Source: Cirrosporium novae-zelandiae
Taxonomy: Eukaryota
Assembly: GCA_026023565.1 (NCBI GenBank)
Contig: JAPETS010000002.1
Coordinates: forward strand, 1,302,001 to 1,366,000
Reading direction: 5' to 3'
DNA length: 64,000 nt
Below, one piece after another: positions 62,701 to 64,000 of the stretch. Below the pieces are notes generated by a model. That model did no database searches and was not told the origin of the DNA. It saw only the letters and a list, made by a program, of their open reading frames with translations. Position numbers and translations under genes: made by a program. The stretch's first letter is position 1. Every line of letters begins with the position of its first letter.

Positions 62701-63015
62701 ACTCTGTTGTACACTTGTACGAGCTGGTGTTTGCGGCGCAGCTTCTCCGAGGATTTCTCGAACCTCCACGCAACATCTTGGAAAAATGCCGGAAAATACT
62801 CTTGCTTCAAGAGTCTGCCCCTTTGTGGTCGTCAATCCCGCCAACAATGACGGCTGAGCGACTAGATATCCACGATACCACGAACCATCAGCACCACCCT
62901 GCTCAATTATATAAAGTTCGTCGCCAAGCTCTAGGGGAAGGTCAGCAGGCGACGAAGGTTGAAAAGGGTAGATGGCAACAGCGAAGGCTATTCGCGGCAA
63001 TGGCCGCCAGGGCAT
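56773..63015 (-). CDS. DCK1: DOCK-family Rac/Cdc42 GEF (SH3 - DOCK_N - C2/DHR-1 - DHR-2), about 2063 aa, 2 exons
   Basis: ATG at 63015 (MPWRPLPRIAFAVAIYPF..LPLELGDELYIIE..WYRG, SH3). 'LVDEIASCLREW', 'LRLQTYLCSTEFSQ', 'FIRYVHQLAELQ..EAGLALRLHA', 'YFRVVFRGLGFP', 'FPTILRKSEV'. 51-nt intron at 57428-57378. Confidence 0.93.
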   Translation of the reverse strand: MPWRPLPRIAFAVAIYPFQPSSPADLPLELGDELYIIEQGGADGSWYRGYLVAQPSLLAGLTTTKGQTLEARVFSGIFPRCCVEVREILGEAAPQTPARTSVQQSGDFFSGLENGFINGILASPASGSLSIRDSQEVRPNTSRTCSLIRRPSSKQQRPSSSRSESKSGRWESLTRSEEEKRQSHVSRRSAISQKTVLTALPLTPVSMSPRDPNAPKPPAPVPMLKIGDETPTSTSEPLVDEIASCLREWYSKHLHELLLSRQYSVINRVSDLIQTLDLSRRQLLHNVLTARERNILRESSVWNLVRGNKMLGGEVVVRDPAQRGRLLTADDSAVELMKLQAMMSLLENNPTPHVDPVNLHHLLVDVKGVVGSKPGPTTLSLYLCVKDSDGSVKPISECYTMDGPSQGSLSSLSKTSKARTMFKDLSSLDINEGSLAGLGLYLIVKVQISQPPKLSLQTNSKPTLTREGTVVSRSKSEREGHTPGSAKNGRRRLPWGHKAAIVEASPPNNQQTTTSPPVTGGSGKSKDEQVNTPPMALKDAASVSRTVGIGALEISSLMRQDKDTEHIVNIWSPSIQEQDPAEDVDPIIGQLLASPSKGYTKSERADRVQLRLQPFTGPDVADIIRKTPTLLQGVTQTRKMGFSGAPTQPRSDIYLTISEAFLPQNAVLSHPTTGAVPLPLNLGYQNLQLTLEVRKSTGERLPRCIFPSSNSTGQTAWRTTAVEKGELWNQTIRLQIPKEDLPGSHLIMSIADAPGFPFALGWIPLWDQNAFIRDGEHSLLLYQYDKTTSSTDNGKGAYLNLPWSSRQKSLDQSMTFPSAHLRLQTYLCSTEFSQEPVLLGLLKWREKSAEQVLELLNRVAFVPEVEIVKLLDDVLDALFSILVAHAGEDEFEDLVFSCLITVFSLVHYRRFNLSPLLNDYIEHRFDFPFANPCLMRSYHRLLSNATGSQTSRSLRATFKVGDYVLKFIMKSREQQKVKEADIGVTKTQKTFYHDLRTIFEGLQALMKNSALVLVGSKTLIVQHFHNWLPALSGTFEPEEIFRTATSFVNACEGVTGKLILYKLVLIQSLLQLDVFLQEPVRTKLVEKTVQWLAPYWESTEVNQQWHSQVRLCCAVVSVLVEDDNVDISKHLPYIVNAYCTINEAGMTEKESFSLLFSKTFPFTTKPLATSARFDEALIELSALLAAFSKRSTGFQVLSTHPDLEHFLSQSLRAHRSIISCEAYPRKWLSAYIYHHRSSLKNLESIASILIESFLPAPDDAENFNTDLWRDFFTTLLQLVSSDTLALETFPEQKRRVVWKIGGDVREQGAELLKRTWEAIGWETSPEDRAHFGLLKMGGFQVQYVPSLVCPILELCLSVHEGLRHVAVEVLQSMVVSEWTLSEDLSVIEAAIIDGLDQIFKTKHLSESVLQKLFITELLDLFEPLSTTEDDALWTALTQMVDTLDELLDLMVAVHGNESSEAFQIMHTLRLMEFLKDMQKEDIFIRYVHQLAELQIQARNPTEAGLALRLHAELYEWDVNQILPALPDSLMPEQSAFDRKEGLYFRMIQLFEDGKSWENALMSYKELAKQYENHVFDFGKLARTQRAMAKIYEGISKEDIRIPKYFRVVFRGLGFPTGLRDKQYIFEGLPGERLGTFTDRMQQQYPAAQIVPAGDIDDVEGQFLQIFNVSPLRDTNHIIYRRARVPHSVREYLVMSQPRKFATTSHRQVNSPDVRDHWVTKTVYETMEAFPTILRKSEVVEIGEMQLTPLQTAVERVWRKNQELAALERHATEGDADVESYSALVDAIKSSVESTSIASVSRYRAFLPPEDAENEDEYAEPIKPAPLEESLKVALVDHAATVSRSLNLLSRSSYQAIQQDLKRGKSILHSHTSIHSNFPLDFEITFAPELEALSPVQPPTTPPRVFAPSSPVETTRSPPATAETVTSQPFSPEPVSHTRQSSRQENKHPNHGHRLSLSFLKRTQTNHSDTKGIDVPETQVEEGYAPSEAPTTHSSNTRSERKRSILNFRSSEDHHRFMPERPSQDQMSEVDSKISFNEARPVTSDTFSSGKKVVVKKRLSMFNIGKKKSTPSVKVESVLEE

Positions 63016-64000
63016 TATTGTAGGTCGGAACGAATAGATCCGGATGGATTGCAAGCGGTGTTTCGAATTATAATTCTGTCGTGAAGGGCGTAAGTCAGGG
63101 AAGGGTGTATGTGTGGTTGCAATAGGTACATGAACGAGAGAATGTTCTAAATTGATATTTTTTTTCAAAGTTAGCTGAGGTGTGTAGAAGATGTGGTGAA
63201 AAATAAGGTAGTATTTGCTAAAGTAAAGTAAATGCAAATGCGATAGTCATTCATTGGGGTTTGGATCTAGCCTTACAGCTGGTGAGACAATGGGAGGGAC
63301 TGTAATTCGGAGAGCGGATGGGGGGGGGGCTCGAGGGGGATGGCAAAAGACTGACCTAAGAGGTCATTGAGGGTATATGAAAGGGAGGATCGCAAGTAGA
63401 TGAATTAGGCAAAAAATAGAGAATAATACCAAGGATATACAGCGATGAAAAGCTGAAGATTCCGTGGAAACATGGTGGGCAGGAATAATCTCTCTATTCG
63501 AATCTTGAATTGATACGGGGTGGTGTCGCGATGCACCCGATGCTCCTGAAGCGGATCCATGACTGGGCCGCTGCCAAAAAACTTTTACCGGGCAATATTG
63601 AACCACTTCAGACCAATTGACGGTCCAAGCTCTCCAACAGCTCCAGCTGGACTTTGCTGGACTTTACTCACGGCTACCTGGAGTGTCAGCCTCAATCTCA
63701 AACTCAGGGGAAATCTTTAACCACTAAGGCAACTTTGGGCGATTTTAATCACTAAAACTTCCCCTTGGTTCAACTACACATCATTACTTTAAATATTGAA
63801 ATTGCTAGTTAATCATTTCTTCTTTTTCTTCTTTTGCCTTCTTCTGACTTGGGACGCATGGACTTTTGAACCCTTTGAGCCCGCCAACTTGCTCAGAGAT
63901 TCCTAATATATCATGGTCAAATATACCACGTCATTAATCCACTTGTCTAGAATATTTCAAACTCTGAACAATCTTCCGGAATGCAGAACGCAGGTCCATA

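Noticed and set aside
63016..63237. 74-codon N-terminal extension of the DOCK ORF from a TTG start
   Set aside because: Non-ATG start with UTR-like composition; the conserved-looking N-terminus begins at MPWRPLP (63015).

Overview
This is eukaryotic DNA from a filamentous ascomycete (Pezizomycotina-type genes, short GT-AG introns with CTRAC/CTRAT branch points). I can support 15 intact protein-coding genes. In order: a Pho85-type cyclin, a dynactin p27-like LbH protein, Mlp1/Tpr, TFIIE-beta, Coq3, a SesB-hydrolase/NACHT/ankyrin NLR, a GH51 arabinofuranosidase head-to-head with a sugar porter, a disordered hypothetical protein, an F-box/LRR protein, a PAPS-type sulfotransferase-like protein head-to-head with an arylsulfotransferase (ASST), an MFS transporter, a 2OG-Fe(II) dioxygenase and a DOCK GEF. 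Two degenerate genes lie next to the NLR. Exon structures were reconstructed by hand from splice signals and frame continuity. Most notable: (1) a candidate two-step sulfate-relay locus (sulfotransferase + ASST + MFS + dioxygenase), which is an inference; (2) a small TA-flanked MITE family with three copies (promoter, dioxygenase intron, NLR intron); (3) an accessory island holding the NLR and an amidoligase pseudogene with RIP-like lesions; (4) a PAM2-like motif at the Mlp1 C-terminus. No rRNA, tRNA, CRISPR array or autonomous transposon was recognised. Family assignments come from motif recognition only; no searches were run.
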